A DNA stretch of 64,000 bases from Marinovum sp. (GTDB taxonomy: Bacteria > Pseudomonadota > Alphaproteobacteria > Rhodobacterales > Rhodobacteraceae): NCBI GenBank assembly GCA_022447495.1, contig JAKVBH010000019.1, forward strand, positions 5,114 through 69,113. Reading direction: 5' to 3'. Numbering within the stretch: the stretch's first letter is position 1; the number at the start of each line of letters is the position of its first letter. Position numbers and translations under genes: made by a program. This document shows, piece by piece, positions 30,554 to 42,900 of the stretch. Under the pieces are notes generated by a model that was not told where the DNA came from, did no database searches, and saw nothing but the letters and a program-made list of their open reading frames with translations.

Positions 30554-31582
30554 CTACACCCAGCGCGCAAACGCGCCGAAGAACCAGTCAAACTTGGCCG
30601 CAAAGGCCACAAAAACCACCCAAACAAGGCTGAATGGCAAAAACACTTTCCAACCCAACCGCATCAGTTGGTCGTAGCGGTACCGAGGGGTGATCGCCTT
30701 CACCATCGCGAAGAGGAAGAAAAAGAATGCCATCTTGGCAACCATCCAAAGTGGGCCATCAGATAGGAAGGGTACCGGGGACAGCCAACCGCCGAAGAAC
30801 AACAAAGATGTCAGTGCGCACATCAAGAATATGGCAATGTACTCACCCGCCATAAACAGCAGGAAGGGCGTAGAAGAATACTCTACCTGATAGCCCGCGA
30901 CGAGTTCAGACTCCGCCTCCGGCAAGTCAAACGGAGGCCGGTTGGTTTCCGCCAAAGCGCTGATGAAGAACAAAAAGACCATTGGAAAATGCGGTAGCCA
31001 ATACCAGCTAAAGAACCCATAATTCCCGTCCTGCGCGCGCACAATGTCACCGAAATTCATAGATCCGGTTGAGATAATCACACCAATGATGATGAGGCCG
31101 AGGGACACCTCATAGGAAATCATCTGTGCGGCGGAGCGCAGGGATCCCAAGAAAGGGTACTTCGAATTGGACGCCCATCCGCCCATGATCACACCGTAGA
31201 CCTCAAGTGATGAAATCGCGAACACATAGAGGATGGCCACGTTGATGTCGGCCAAAACCCAAGTGTCGTTAAAGGGGATCACCGCCCAAGCCAAAATGGC
31301 TAGCACAAACGACGTCAGGGGCGCGAGCATAAACACCGTTTTGTCTGCGCCAGCCGGCACAACGATCTCTTTGACGACGTATTTCAGAGCGTCCGCCACA
31401 GTTTGCAAAAGACCAAAGGCACCAACCACATTTGGTCCGCGGCGCATTTGGACTGCAGCCCAAATTTTGCGGTCACCATAGACCAAAAAGAGAAGTGATA
31501 TCATCACGAAAGCAATCACAGCGAGACACTGAGCCAGGATCGTAATACCTATCCCCATGGGGGTCATGAGAAAGTCAGTCAT
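30554..31582 (-). CDS. nuoH: NADH-quinone oxidoreductase subunit H
   Basis: [34 protein letters not shown]. Confidence 0.98.
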   Translation of the reverse strand: MTDFLMTPMGIGITILAQCLAVIAFVMISLLFLVYGDRKIWAAVQMRRGPNVVGAFGLLQTVADALKYVVKEIVVPAGADKTVFMLAPLTSFVLAILAWAVIPFNDTWVLADINVAILYVFAISSLEVYGVIMGGWASNSKYPFLGSLRSAAQMISYEVSLGLIIIGVIISTGSMNFGDIVRAQDGNYGFFSWYWLPHFPMVFLFFISALAETNRPPFDLPEAESELVAGYQVEYSSTPFLLFMAGEYIAIFLMCALTSLLFFGGWLSPVPFLSDGPLWMVAKMAFFFFLFAMVKAITPRYRYDQLMRLGWKVFLPFSLVWVVFVAFAAKFDWFFGAFARWV

Positions 31583-31588
31583 TTGCCC

Positions 31589-31999
31589 TCACACCGTCGG
31601 GATGTCCATTTCGCGACACGCCGCGACAGTCACTTCTGCATCGATTGTCGCCACGCCCCTGGGGAGGGTAGCTGAGATGACATAAATGGCGTCGCCCGTC
31701 CACATGCTGGCGTCGCTGGATACAGTCGTCCGCACGTGGCGCGCAAATCCGTAGCCACGAATGAGCGCGTATTGCGCGGCTGCGCATCGTGCGTAGGCTT
31801 CCAGCTGCGCAGTGGCAGTCGCATTCTGCATGATCACCTGAAATCCCACCAAGTCGTCCTTGAGCAACCGCGTCGAGATCCCAAGGTATGCCGACGGAGC
31901 TGCATTCGGGCGCTCCGGTGCCTCGCAGGCCGATACCAAAAAAGCCAACGACATTGTGGTGATGGCGCATACGTACTTTATGGACTGGGACGGCATCAT
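31589..31999 (-). CDS. Hypothetical lipoprotein between nuoG and nuoH
   Basis: Lipobox-like LVSAC; [20 protein letters not shown]; ATGA overlap with nuoG. Confidence 0.75.
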   Translation of the reverse strand: MMPSQSIKYVCAITTMSLAFLVSACEAPERPNAAPSAYLGISTRLLKDDLVGFQVIMQNATATAQLEAYARCAAAQYALIRGYGFARHVRTTVSSDASMWTGDAIYVISATLPRGVATIDAEVTVAACREMDIPTV

Positions 32000-34011
32000 T
32001 GTGCTGCAATCTGTGCCCCCTCGGTGCGCGTTTGCACGTCGCGCGACAAGTCTGCCATGAGCGCGCTTGCGCGGGCGATCGGATTGGTTAGGTAGAAATC
32101 CTGAATGGCGGTGCCAAAAGCAGCGTTGCTCAATGGTCCCTCAGTCTCAAGCGCCCATTCATTCTCGGGCACTTGGTCGATCTTGGCCAAGTGAGGAACG
32201 TCTTTAACCATCGCCTGACGGAGTTGTGCGAGGCTGTCGAACGGAAGCGCAATGCCCATCTCTCCCGAAAGTGCACGCAAGACGGCCCAATTTTCTTTGG
32301 CGTCACCGGGGGCAAATCCTGCGCGGAGCGCCAGTTGAGGACGGCCTTCGGTATTCACAAAGAGTCCTTGTTCTTCGGTGTAAGCGGCGCCGGGCAAAAT
32401 GATGTCGGCACGATGCGCACCGCGATCTCCGTGGCTGCCCTGGTAGATCACGAACGGCCCCGTGGCGATCTCAAGTTCATCAGCTCCGAGATTGTAAACG
32501 ACATCCGCGCCATCAAGAGCAGCCTCCAGGCCACCGTTGGTCGTGGCACCAACATCCATGGCACCCACTCGGCCAGCAGCAGTGTGCAACACCAAAAGCT
32601 TCGAACCAGAGGCGTCGCACATCTTTTGAACGAAAGCCAAAACCGCAGCTCCGTCGGCCTCTTGCAGGGCCGCTTGGCCTAGGATGATGAGCTGTGCATT
32701 GTCTTCGACGTTGTTCGCCAGGGCCTTTTTCAAAGCAGCGCGGTCAGTGCCCACATGGAGGTAATCGTATGTGAGGTCCACCGCAGGTCCGACAACGCCG
32801 ACGCTTGTGCCAGCTGCCCAAGCCTTGCGAATGCGAGCATTGAGCACAGGTGCCTCAATGCGAGGATTGGCGCCGACGATCAGGATCGCGCTGCTATTCT
32901 CTATGTCTTCAATCGAAGCATTGCCGACATATCCCGAACGGTTGCCCGCTGGAAGTTTCGCGCCATCGGTGCGGCACTCCACGCGGCCTCCGAGACCTTC
33001 GACCATGGATTTGAGGGCAAAGGCCGCTTCCGTGGGCACCAAATCACCAACAAGGCCAGCAACTTTGGACGCGTTACTCAACGCGCGACACGCGAACGAC
33101 AAAGCTTCGCTCCAGCTGGCCGGGCGCAATTTCCCGTTCTCACGAATGTAGGGTTTGTCCAAGCGCTGCCTGCGCAGACCGTCCCAAACAAACCGGGTTT
33201 TGTCCGAAATCCATTCCTCATTCACGCCATCGTGGTTGCGCGGCAAGAAGCGCATCACCTCACGGCCTTTGGTGTCGACACGAATGTTCGACCCAAGCGC
33301 GTCCATGACGTCCACGCTTTCTGTTTTGGTCAGTTCCCAAGGGCGCGCTGTAAAGGCGTATGGCTTCGAGACCAGCGCACCTACAGGGCAGAGATCAATG
33401 ATGTTGCCCTGCATGTTCGAGTTCAACGTCTCGCCCAGGTAGGACGTGATCTCTGCGTCTTCACCACGACCGGTTTGGCCCATCTGAGTGATACCGGCGA
33501 CCTCAGTTGTAAACCGCACACAGCGCGTGCAAGAGATGCACCGAGTCATGTGGGTTTCAACCAACGGCCCCAAATCCAGATCATCGACGGCCCGCTTGGG
33601 TTCGCGGAACCGTGAGAAATCCACACCATACGCCATGGCTTGGTCCTGCAAATCGCATTCGCCACCCTGATCGCAGATCGGGCAATCAAGAGGGTGGTTG
33701 ATGAGCAAGAACTCCATCACACCTTCTCGAGCCTTTTTAACCATGCGCGAGTTCGTTTTGACCTCGGCCGGTTCGCCGTCGCGACCACCACGCAAGTCGC
33801 GCACCTGCATCGCGCAGGACGCTGCAGGTTTGGGCGGGCCACCGACCACTTCGACCAGGCACATCCGGCAGTTGCCGGCGATCGACAGGCGTTCATGATA
33901 GCAGAACCGAGGAATCTCAACCCCCGCCTGCTCGCATGCTTGGATCAAGGTCATGGCTGGATTCACCTCGACCTCTTGGCCGTCGATGATGATCTTGCGA
34001 AGCTCGGACAT
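31996..34011 (-). CDS. nuoG: NADH-quinone oxidoreductase subunit G
   Basis: IPRFCYH...[37 protein letters not shown]. Confidence 0.98.
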   Translation of the reverse strand: MSELRKIIIDGQEVEVNPAMTLIQACEQAGVEIPRFCYHERLSIAGNCRMCLVEVVGGPPKPAASCAMQVRDLRGGRDGEPAEVKTNSRMVKKAREGVMEFLLINHPLDCPICDQGGECDLQDQAMAYGVDFSRFREPKRAVDDLDLGPLVETHMTRCISCTRCVRFTTEVAGITQMGQTGRGEDAEITSYLGETLNSNMQGNIIDLCPVGALVSKPYAFTARPWELTKTESVDVMDALGSNIRVDTKGREVMRFLPRNHDGVNEEWISDKTRFVWDGLRRQRLDKPYIRENGKLRPASWSEALSFACRALSNASKVAGLVGDLVPTEAAFALKSMVEGLGGRVECRTDGAKLPAGNRSGYVGNASIEDIENSSAILIVGANPRIEAPVLNARIRKAWAAGTSVGVVGPAVDLTYDYLHVGTDRAALKKALANNVEDNAQLIILGQAALQEADGAAVLAFVQKMCDASGSKLLVLHTAAGRVGAMDVGATTNGGLEAALDGADVVYNLGADELEIATGPFVIYQGSHGDRGAHRADIILPGAAYTEEQGLFVNTEGRPQLALRAGFAPGDAKENWAVLRALSGEMGIALPFDSLAQLRQAMVKDVPHLAKIDQVPENEWALETEGPLSNAAFGTAIQDFYLTNPIARASALMADLSRDVQTRTEGAQIAAQ

Positions 34012-34017
34012 ACGTCT

Positions 34018-34410
34018 CTATCTCTCCCGCAGCAATGTGCCAATGGCGCTGCTTTGTTGGATTTCGGACCGGCCAAGGGCGCAGTAGCTCGACGCATTAC
34101 CGCGGCTCACACCGTTGGACGTCATATAGGCCTCTGCCTCATTTTCCAGACGATTGCGATCCGATTTGGATGAGACAAAATCATCGATTTCAGCGTTGCT
34201 ATAGCCCAGTCCACGCGCCTCACGCTTGAGCGAATCAAGACGCGACCAAGCTGCGATCATACGCGCCGAAATGCTGGGGCAATTGCTGCGGATTTCGTCG
34301 GCAATTTTGACGTTGCGCAGACCGTCGTTGATGCTGTCCACCTTCGACAAGGGAGGCAATGCCACCGCAGCACTCGCAACAATTAGCAAAACCACGGAGA
34401 GACGGATCAT
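34018..34410 (-). CDS. DUF5333-like secreted protein
   Basis: Signal peptide, IADEIRSNCPSISARM, YCALGRSEI. Confidence 0.75.
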   Translation of the reverse strand: MIRLSVVLLIVASAAVALPPLSKVDSINDGLRNVKIADEIRSNCPSISARMIAAWSRLDSLKREARGLGYSNAEIDDFVSSKSDRNRLENEAEAYMTSNGVSRGNASSYCALGRSEIQQSSAIGTLLRER

Positions 34411-34745
34411 TCCACACACCTCCCCGTAAGCGTTAGAACGTCATTTGAAATGGGAAGGATCTCTGAATCCGGCGGCGTGTCCCATTCCACTACGGAGTGA
34501 CCAAACCAACGAATGCAGTATTTGGTCGCTTGGTACGCGATGGCTTGGCGCGCGCCATCTTCGGATTTTGCCACTTGGCGCACGGTTGCGATGAACTCTG
34601 AGCGATCTTTGCGATCCACAGCTTTTGCTCCGCCACGGAAACGTTCGCCGTCGAACGTCATATTGCGGCTTTCGTCGCCACAGGCTGCGAGAGTAAGTCC
34701 CACGATCAGAGGCACCCCGATTTTGATGGGCATGGTTAGTGACAT
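34407..34745 (-). CDS. Hypothetical lipoprotein between nuoF and nuoG
   Basis: Lipobox LAAC; ATKYCI and C-terminal GRC. Confidence 0.75.
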   Translation of the reverse strand: MSLTMPIKIGVPLIVGLTLAACGDESRNMTFDGERFRGGAKAVDRKDRSEFIATVRQVAKSEDGARQAIAYQATKYCIRWFGHSVVEWDTPPDSEILPISNDVLTLTGRCVE

Positions 34746-34843
34746 GACTTTGTCCCTTCTTTGATCTCGATGCCGCCCAAATCGGACGACATGAGATCCT
34801 GTATCCCTGATTTATCGGCGTTATTCAAAAACACTACCCTCAC

Positions 34844-36142
34844 CTACTCTGCGGCGACCGCGGAAAGCCGCCCGGACTTCTGCGCATTTATGCGATCTTC
34901 GATCTCATCCCGGAAATTGCGGATCAGACCCTGAATTGGCCATGCCGCCGCATCACCGAGGGCGCAGATGGTGTGCCCTTCGACCTGTTTCGTCACGTCA
35001 AAGAGCATGTCTATTTCGTCAGGCTCCGCCTCGCCTCGGACCAAACGATCCATTACACGCATCATCCAGCCCGTCCCTTCGCGGCACGGCGTGCATTGGC
35101 CACAACTTTCGTGTTTATAGAACTTCGAAAGGCGCCAAATCGCTTTGATGATGTCAGTGGATTGATCCATGACAATGACCGCAGCGGTTCCAAGCCCGGA
35201 GCCGAGTTCGCCACGAAGATAGTCAAAATCCATAATCGCGTCGCGCATGTTTTCGCCGCGCACACACGGCACAGACGAACCACCGGGGATCACTGCTTTG
35301 AGGTTGTCCCACCCACCTCGTATGCCACCGCAGTGCTTTTCGATAAGTTCCTCAAAACTGATCGACATGGCCTCTTCGACAACGCAGGGCTGATTGACGT
35401 GTCCTGAGACTGCGAAGAGTTTGGTGCCTTTGTTGTTCTCGCGCCCAAAGCTTGAGAACCAGGACGCGCCACGGCGTAGAATGGTCGGGACGACCGCGAT
35501 ACTCTCAACGTTGTTCACTGTCGTGGGACAACCATAGAGGCCTGCTCCTGCCGGGAACGGCGGCTTCATGCGTGGCATGCCCTTTTTGCCTTCAAGGCTT
35601 TCAATGAGAGCGGTCTCTTCGCCGCAGATGTAAGCCCCGGCGCCGTGATGAAGATAGAGGTCAAAATCCCAGTCTGTCCCCGCCGCGTTCTTGCCCAAGA
35701 GACCAGCTTCGTAGGCTTCGTCGATGGCGGCTTGAAGTGCTTCTCGCTCGCGGATGTATTCACCGCGGATGTAGATGTAGCTCACATGCGCTTGCATCGC
35801 GAAGGACGCAATCAAGCAGCCTTCGATCAGCGTATGTGGATCGTGGCGCATAATCTCACGGTCTTTGCAGGTGCCTGGCTCGGACTCGTCGGCGTTGACC
35901 ACCAAATATGCCGGTCGACCATCGCTCTCTTTGGGCATGAAAGACCACTTCAAGCCAGTCGGGAAACCAGCGCCACCGCGCCCGCGCAGGCCAGAGGCTT
36001 TCATCTCATCGATAATCCAATCCCGCCCTTTGGCGAGGATGCCTTTGGTTCCGTCCCAATGTCCGCGGGCGCGCGCGCCCGCCAAAGTACGGTCGTGCAT
36101 TCCGTAGATATTGGTAAAGATCCGGTCCTGATCTTGCAGCAT
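34844..36142 (-). CDS. nuoF: NADH-quinone oxidoreductase subunit F
   Basis: [39 protein letters not shown]. Confidence 0.98.
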   Translation of the reverse strand: MLQDQDRIFTNIYGMHDRTLAGARARGHWDGTKGILAKGRDWIIDEMKASGLRGRGGAGFPTGLKWSFMPKESDGRPAYLVVNADESEPGTCKDREIMRHDPHTLIEGCLIASFAMQAHVSYIYIRGEYIREREALQAAIDEAYEAGLLGKNAAGTDWDFDLYLHHGAGAYICGEETALIESLEGKKGMPRMKPPFPAGAGLYGCPTTVNNVESIAVVPTILRRGASWFSSFGRENNKGTKLFAVSGHVNQPCVVEEAMSISFEELIEKHCGGIRGGWDNLKAVIPGGSSVPCVRGENMRDAIMDFDYLRGELGSGLGTAAVIVMDQSTDIIKAIWRLSKFYKHESCGQCTPCREGTGWMMRVMDRLVRGEAEPDEIDMLFDVTKQVEGHTICALGDAAAWPIQGLIRNFRDEIEDRINAQKSGRLSAVAAE

Positions 36143-36146
36143 TGCG

Positions 36147-36383
36147 CTACCCTTGTTCTTTGCCCTGCGCAGACTGACGTTTCCGCCAAATCTGATAAAT
36201 GTTCACAAACGCCCAAATGAGCGCCGCGAGCACGGCAAAATCTACCAAGAGCGCGTAGCGGCCCGGCAATAGCAATGCCGGGCCGAGGGCTTGGGCCACA
36301 ATCCAAATCAGCATCGATCCGGCTATGACAAGTGCGGTTAAACGTCCCTGTCGCGCCAAAGCGGCCTCTGTGTCGCGGTCCAT
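36147..36383 (-). CDS. DUF5337-like small two-TM protein
   Basis: [12 protein letters not shown]...RYALLVDFA...IYQIWRKRQ; position just before nuoF. Confidence 0.75.
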   Translation of the reverse strand: MDRDTEAALARQGRLTALVIAGSMLIWIVAQALGPALLLPGRYALLVDFAVLAALIWAFVNIYQIWRKRQSAQGKEQG

Positions 36384-36403
36384 CGACCCTCCAGTTTAGT
36401 CCC

Positions 36404-37171
36404 TTAGTAGACGTCCCCCTCGTCCACCTTCTTGGAGAACGCTGTCTCCCCTCCGGAGGCCAAGAGTTTTGCCTGCTCTACCCAGTTGTCACGTGTCACG
36501 CGGCCTTTGAATCCTTCGAGGTTCTGGTCAACCCATGCCACTTCTTCAGATCCCCAAGCAGCGATCTGGTCAAAGTGGTAAAAGCCCAACGTATTACATA
36601 ATTTCTCAAGCTTCGGCCCGATGCCTTTGATCTTTTTGAGATCATCCGCCAAACCGCCGCGCGCTTCGGTAAGACCTTCGGGGCGCCTGCCCTCTTCAGG
36701 CGCGCTCTCCGCAGGAGACTGGGCGTGTGCCGCATCGGCTTTGGCGTCAGCGTCGTACTTCCAGTCGCCCTTTTTGGAGGCAAGTTCTTCTTCGCCTGGC
36801 AGCGATTTGGATGGCTTCACTGCGGGTGCTGTGGGCTCTGCCGCGGCGGCAGGTGCAGCAGCAGGAGCCGAGGCGGCAGGAGCAGCGGCAGCCGCGGCTG
36901 CCGTGGGGGCAGCATCGGAGCTCTCAGCGCCTTTTGCATCGCCCGCATTCACCGAACCAGGGGCTTTCGCGTCGCCCAACGCGGGAAGGTCGGTGCAGAA
37001 CAACCATGCGACCAGCGCCCAGAGGATCGCAGCAGCAATACCTGCCACGAAGACCGACGCGATGAACGCAAAATCGCTAAACGCGAACAAAAAGATGAAG
37101 ATGAACAGGCCAGCGCCTGCCGCCAACAAAACCGTGGCGAACTGACAACTGATCGTTGGTTCTCTACCCAT
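36404..37171 (-). CDS. Membrane-anchored protein with Ala/Pro linker and C-terminal HhH-like (COG3743-type) domain
   Basis: Two N-terminal TM segments, AP-rich linker, [14 protein letters not shown]...[11 protein letters not shown]. Confidence 0.8.
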   Translation of the reverse strand: MGREPTISCQFATVLLAAGAGLFIFIFLFAFSDFAFIASVFVAGIAAAILWALVAWLFCTDLPALGDAKAPGSVNAGDAKGAESSDAAPTAAAAAAAPAASAPAAAPAAAAEPTAPAVKPSKSLPGEEELASKKGDWKYDADAKADAAHAQSPAESAPEEGRRPEGLTEARGGLADDLKKIKGIGPKLEKLCNTLGFYHFDQIAAWGSEEVAWVDQNLEGFKGRVTRDNWVEQAKLLASGGETAFSKKVDEGDVY

Positions 37172-37203
37172 GAAAGTCACTCCCTCTCCGTAAATGGGAC
37201 ATA

Positions 37204-38322
37204 TTAATCATACACATCCCCAGACTTTACGCGCGAAGCAAACTCTGTCTCGGCTCCGGAGGCAAGGGTTTTGGCCTGGGAAACCCAGCCATCTCGCGTC
37301 ACGCGCCCTTTAAAACCGGTTAAATTTTGGTCAACCCAGGCCGCTTCTTGCTCGGTCCAAGCGGCAATTTGGTCGAAATGGTAAAAGCCCAAGCTGTTGC
37401 AGAGTGTCTCGAGCTTGGGCCCGATGCCTTTGATTTGCTTTAGATCGTCGGCTTGCCCGCCCCGCGGCCCGTCCAACGCCTCGGGCATCGCACCTGCGTC
37501 CTCAATCGCAGCAACCTGAGGCCCAGCAGGCTTTGACGCAGCGGGATTATTTGCAGATTTTTGAAGTTTCTGTGTTTTAAGCACTGGCGGTTCAATGTCA
37601 CGGCCGTGGTTTACCCCGGCTTGAAAAGACACATTGAGAGGGACTTCCGTGCCATCAATGCGCTTGATCGTATCGCCAACGTCGACGGCGCGTTGAACTG
37701 ATCCGTTGTAATCAGCCTTGCCGCCTTCGTACTCTTTCAGACTGGTCAAACCGCCCGAGGGCTCCGCTGCGTAGCGGCCGTTTTGAGGACCAGAAACGGG
37801 CACGTTGCCTGCGGCCATATCCTCTAGCATGGCCGCGAAACCGCCTGCGGTGAGATCCTCGTAGTAGTCTTTACCAATTTGGGCCATCGGGGCATTGGCG
37901 CACGCGCCAAGACACTCAACCTCTTCCCAGCTGAATTTTCCATCTTCGGACAATTGATGTGGTTTGGACGCAATCTTTTCTCTGCACACGGCGATCAGGT
38001 CTTCTGCGCCACAGATCATGCAAGTCGTTGTACCGCACACCTGAATATGCGCCACATTTCCAACTGGTTGAAGTTGAAACATAAAGTAAAAAGACGCAAC
38101 TTCGAGCGCGCGCATATAGGGCATACCCAGCATGTCAGCCACGTGTTCTATGGCGGGACGGGTCAGCCATCCCTCCTGCTCTTGTGCCCGCCACAAAAGT
38201 GGGATCACAGCGCTGGCCTCGCGGCCTTCGGGATATTTCGTAATCTGGGCCTCTGCCCATGCCAAATTGGACTGGGTGAACGCGAAGCTTTCGGGCTGAT
38301 CTGGGTATAGACGACGCAGCAC
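37204..38322 (-). CDS. nuoE: NADH-quinone oxidoreductase subunit E with C-terminal HhH-like extension
   Basis: [10 protein letters not shown] and [10 protein letters not shown] 2Fe-2S motifs; GTG start at 38322. Confidence 0.95.
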   Translation of the reverse strand: MLRRLYPDQPESFAFTQSNLAWAEAQITKYPEGREASAVIPLLWRAQEQEGWLTRPAIEHVADMLGMPYMRALEVASFYFMFQLQPVGNVAHIQVCGTTTCMICGAEDLIAVCREKIASKPHQLSEDGKFSWEEVECLGACANAPMAQIGKDYYEDLTAGGFAAMLEDMAAGNVPVSGPQNGRYAAEPSGGLTSLKEYEGGKADYNGSVQRAVDVGDTIKRIDGTEVPLNVSFQAGVNHGRDIEPPVLKTQKLQKSANNPAASKPAGPQVAAIEDAGAMPEALDGPRGGQADDLKQIKGIGPKLETLCNSLGFYHFDQIAAWTEQEAAWVDQNLTGFKGRVTRDGWVSQAKTLASGAETEFASRVKSGDVYD

Positions 38323-38594
38323 TAGGAACACCCTTTGGACAGGAACTTGTGCCCGCCTTCAGGCAGCGGTTCGGCTTGTTCAAGCGCCAATTTGTATTGG
38401 ATCATGCCCACCACCTGTTCCCGGGTGAGGCCGGTTTGCAGCTCGGTTGCCAAGAAATGTGGTTCCGTGACCAATTCACAGCCCATTGACTTCACCGCGT
38501 TGTCAAAGCGGGTCACGGCCGCTTCGTCGACGCCCTCTGGCGGCATCGCACATCCCGCCAACAAAGGCAGTGCCAAGATCGCAAAACGTTTCAA
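38322..38594 (-). CDS. Small lipoprotein between nuoD and nuoE
   Basis: [15 protein letters not shown] lipobox; overlaps nuoD stop and nuoE start. Confidence 0.75.
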   Translation of the reverse strand: MKRFAILALPLLAGCAMPPEGVDEAAVTRFDNAVKSMGCELVTEPHFLATELQTGLTREQVVGMIQYKLALEQAEPLPEGGHKFLSKGCS

Positions 38595-39811
38595 CGGTCG
38601 ATCTCCCCAAACACCACATCCATCGTTCCAATGATCGCGGCCACGTCAGCAAGCTGGTGCCCACTTGCCAAGTGATCCATCGCCTGTAGATGGAGATATC
38701 CCGGCGCGCGCAACTTTGCGCGGTAAGGTTTATTGGACCCGTCCGCGACGAGATAAACGCCAAACTCGCCTTTGGGTGCTTCAACGGCGGCATAAACCTC
38801 GCCTTCGGGAACATGGAACCCTTCGGTGTAAAGCTTGAAGTGATGGATCAATGCTTCCATCGATTGCTTCATGTCGGTGCGCTTGGGCGGCGTGACCTTA
38901 CCGCGAGCCAACACGTCACCTTTGCCCTCCGGCCCATTGAGCTTCGCAATAGCTTGCTTGATGATCGAGAGCGACTGGCGCATCTCTTCCATACGACAGA
39001 GATAACGATCATAACAATCGCCGTTTTTGCCCACCGGAATTTGGAACTCGAACTCGTCGTAGCATTCATAAGGCTGCGCGCGGCGCAGATCCCAAGCCAA
39101 GCCGGAGCCGCGGACCATGACGCCCGAGAACCCCCAATCGAGGATGTCTTTCTCGGTGACCACGCCGATGTCGGCATTGCGTTGTTTGAAGATACGGTTT
39201 TCGGTCAAGAGATTGTCAATGTCATCAATCAAACGCGGGAAATCGTCAGCCCATTCGACGATGTCATCAAGCAGCTGTTGCGGCAGGTCCTGATGCACAC
39301 CGCCAGGGCGGAAATATGCCGCGTGAAGCCGCGCGCCACAGGCCCGCTCATAGAAAACCATGAGCTTCTCACGCTCTTCAAAGCCCCAAAGTGGTGGGGT
39401 GAGCGCGCCCACGTCCATGGCTTGGGTCGTGATGTTGAGCAAGTGATTGAGAATGCGGCCAATCTCGGAATAGAGCACGCGGATCAAACTCGCACGGCGC
39501 GGCACTTCCACACCGGTGAGCTTTTCAATCGCCAAGCACCAGGCGTGTTCCTGGTTCATGGGCGCCACATAGTCGAGACGGTCAAAATACGGGAGATTTT
39601 GCAGGTAGGTCCGGCTCTCCATGAGCTTTTCCGTGCCCCGGTGCAAAAGGCCAATGTGAGGATCACATCGCTCTACAATTTCGCCGTCCAACTCCAAGAC
39701 GAGACGCAAAACACCATGTGCCGCAGGGTGTTGCGGTCCAAAGTTGATGTTGAAATTGCGGATTTTCTGTTCGCCTGTAAGGATGTCACCGAAATTAGAG
39801 CCGTCCATCAT
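38591..39811 (-). CDS. nuoD: NADH-quinone oxidoreductase subunit D
   Basis: [41 protein letters not shown]. Confidence 0.98.
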   Translation of the reverse strand: MMDGSNFGDILTGEQKIRNFNINFGPQHPAAHGVLRLVLELDGEIVERCDPHIGLLHRGTEKLMESRTYLQNLPYFDRLDYVAPMNQEHAWCLAIEKLTGVEVPRRASLIRVLYSEIGRILNHLLNITTQAMDVGALTPPLWGFEEREKLMVFYERACGARLHAAYFRPGGVHQDLPQQLLDDIVEWADDFPRLIDDIDNLLTENRIFKQRNADIGVVTEKDILDWGFSGVMVRGSGLAWDLRRAQPYECYDEFEFQIPVGKNGDCYDRYLCRMEEMRQSLSIIKQAIAKLNGPEGKGDVLARGKVTPPKRTDMKQSMEALIHHFKLYTEGFHVPEGEVYAAVEAPKGEFGVYLVADGSNKPYRAKLRAPGYLHLQAMDHLASGHQLADVAAIIGTMDVVFGEIDR

Positions 39812-40008
39812 GCAAGCCTCTCTTTTTCCGAGGCGCTCTGAGGCCATCGCTTGAACGCCACCACCCAAAGCACAATCACACTTCTCAGCATCGGTACTAA
39901 CTGCACAAGTCTCCAATACAGAGACAGTCCAACCCGCTTCACGACTAAGAGACCAAGGATGAAAAGACCCAGCCACCAGCACAATAGGGAAATGAACTGG
40001 GCCATCAT
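39808..40008 (-). CDS. Small membrane protein (66 aa) between nuoC and nuoD
   Basis: Hydrophobic, ends [10 protein letters not shown]; ATGA overlaps on both sides. Confidence 0.6.
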   Translation of the reverse strand: MMAQFISLLCWWLGLFILGLLVVKRVGLSLYWRLVQLVPMLRSVIVLWVVAFKRWPQSASEKERLA

Positions 40009-40178
40009 CGCTGCTCCAACTCTTGCAGTTTCATCGCCATGATCCACAGTAGGATCAACGTGCCAATTGGTAGAACCGACGCCAAAGCCCACCACTTCTC
40101 AATCCCAAAATGCGGAAGTAGTTTCATCAACGGGATAACCGTGAGGGCAACCCACCCGATCCAAAGCAAGAATTCCAT
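40005..40178 (-). CDS. Small membrane protein (57 aa) between nuoC and nuoD
   Basis: MEFLLWIGW...GIEKWWAL...[13 protein letters not shown]. Confidence 0.65.
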   Translation of the reverse strand: MEFLLWIGWVALTVIPLMKLLPHFGIEKWWALASVLPIGTLILLWIMAMKLQELEQR

Positions 40179-40281
40179 TAGGCAGTTCTTCCAGGTCTGG
40201 TTAAGAAACGACGGCGCACTGTCGGAAAGACAAAGGCTAAGGGCCCAAACACAACCAGCCAAACCGCACGTTCAAGAGATG

Positions 40282-40893
40282 TCATTCTGCTGCCTCCTGC
40301 GCCTTATCGTCTCCGGGCAGCATGTACTCCGCGCCCTCCCATGGGGACATGAAATCGAATTGGCGGTATTCTTGCGTAAGGCTGACGGGTTCATAGACAA
40401 CGCGCTTTTGCGCTTCGTCGTAGCGGACCTCGGTGTAGCCAGTGGTCGGGAAATCCTTGCGCAGGGGATAACCCCGAAACCCATAATCCGTAAGGATGCG
40501 TCGCATGTCGGGGTGCCGAGAGAACAGCAGGCCGAACATATCAAACACTTCCCGCTCAAACCAATTGGCCGAAGGGTGAATGTCAGTGATTGAGGGCACC
40601 ATATCTTCTTCGCGCACCGACACATGCAGTCGGATGCGCTGGTTCTGGTACATTGATAGGAAGTGATAAACGACGTCAAACCGTTTGACGCGCTCGGGGT
40701 AATCCACCGCCGTGATGTCGACCAAAGACGAGAACTGACAGGCCGGATCCGAGCGCAGCCAACGCACGAGACCGTGCAAGGACGCCAGCGCGACTTTCAC
40801 ATTCAACTCGCCATGCTCCACCGAGCAGCGCAACACGCAATCGGGGCGCTTTAGCTCAATATGTGTTCCGAGATCTTCAAGAGCAGATGTCAT
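40282..40893 (-). CDS. nuoC: NADH-quinone oxidoreductase subunit C
   Basis: [29 protein letters not shown]. Confidence 0.97.
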   Translation of the reverse strand: MTSALEDLGTHIELKRPDCVLRCSVEHGELNVKVALASLHGLVRWLRSDPACQFSSLVDITAVDYPERVKRFDVVYHFLSMYQNQRIRLHVSVREEDMVPSITDIHPSANWFEREVFDMFGLLFSRHPDMRRILTDYGFRGYPLRKDFPTTGYTEVRYDEAQKRVVYEPVSLTQEYRQFDFMSPWEGAEYMLPGDDKAQEAAE

Positions 40894-40903
40894 GACGGCA
40901 CCC

Positions 40904-41793
<890 letters not shown>

Positions 41794-41873
41794 GAGTGTG
41801 GTCCCTGTGTCTGCGTCGGGCCTCTGGCAATTGCCATCAGCGCCTTCGTCGATTGGCGAGATTGTCACGCTAA

Positions 41874-41902
41874 CTTGTAAAACGCTGCGTGCGCGCGGTC
41901 AA
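41874..41902 (-). promoter_or_regulatory. Candidate sigma70 promoter of nuo operon
   Basis: Minus strand TTGACC-N17-TACAAG. Confidence 0.4.
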
Positions 41903-42095
41903 CTAACAGACGGCTACTTTAAACGAGCAGGTTTTTTACTAACGCACTGCTTTTTAATGATTTAACATCAACGCGGGTGGTAGATGCGGCAAATTCAACC
42001 GATCAGGAGGCAGTGTATCGCGATGTGTGCCGCCTTTGTGATCACAAAGGCACTCAGCGCTCCATACTTGATAGCATAAGGGCGACACGCGAAAC

Positions 42096-42887
42096 CTAGG
42101 TGTCGTTTTGCACCCAAGGCGCGGTCTTTTTGGCGAAGAAGGCGGCAATCCCAGTTTGCGCCTCTTGGGATTGCCAACGGCGCGCCAGGGCTTCAATGGC
42201 CATCTGAATTTGCTCATCTGGAACGCCATGACCCAAAGCGCGCAAGAGCGCTTTGGTTTCTGCCACGGCGCCAGGCGCACATGCTAAATAGGGAGCGATT
42301 TCGTCTTCGACGGCCTGCGCCAATGTTTGTTGGGTCACTATCTTGGTTACGAGCCCCAGCGACAGCGCGTCTTGGGCATCAAACACCCGCGACGACATAA
42401 GAACACGTCGTGCAGGCCCCGGACCCATGCGACGCAAAACAAAAGGCGCGATATTGGCAGGGATCACGCCCAAACGGGTTTCGGTGAAACCAAAGCGGAC
42501 GGTATCCACTGCGACCACCGTGTCACAGACGCTAATCAAGCCCAGTCCACCACCAAATGCGTTGCCCTGGATCGCTCCAATCAACGGTTGAGGCAGGTGA
42601 TCGAGCGCTTGCAGAGCAATGGCAATCTTGGCGCTTTCTTTCCGCCGGCTGTCGGAGGCCATGTCGAATTGAGCGCGCATCCAAGCGAGGTCTCCCCCGG
42701 CGCAAAAACTCTTGCCCTGTCCTGTCAGGACCACAACCCGGATGTCAGCGCGCCCGGAGATGTCGCTGACCGCACTTGCAATTTCTTCGAGCATGAAGCC
42801 CGACATGGCGTTGTGTTTCTCCGGCCGGGCCAAGCACAGCCTTGCGACGCCGCGGTCATCCACATCTAGGGTCAAGGTCTCATACAT
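42096..42887 (-). CDS. liuC: Enoyl-CoA hydratase, probable methylglutaconyl-CoA hydratase
   Basis: RPEKHNAMS, FCAGGDL, GGGLGL, TETRLGVIPA; context with ivd and HMG-CoA lyase. Confidence 0.8.
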   Translation of the reverse strand: MYETLTLDVDDRGVARLCLARPEKHNAMSGFMLEEIASAVSDISGRADIRVVVLTGQGKSFCAGGDLAWMRAQFDMASDSRRKESAKIAIALQALDHLPQPLIGAIQGNAFGGGLGLISVCDTVVAVDTVRFGFTETRLGVIPANIAPFVLRRMGPGPARRVLMSSRVFDAQDALSLGLVTKIVTQQTLAQAVEDEIAPYLACAPGAVAETKALLRALGHGVPDEQIQMAIEALARRWQSQEAQTGIAAFFAKKTAPWVQNDT

Positions 42888-42900
42888 TTTGTTGGTCCTT

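Noticed and set aside
36820-36920. GCN-rich repetitive tract
   Set aside because: Encodes the Ala/Pro linker; not a tandem repeat array or CRISPR
38690-39841. 383-aa plus-strand ORF
   Set aside because: Antisense shadow of nuoD
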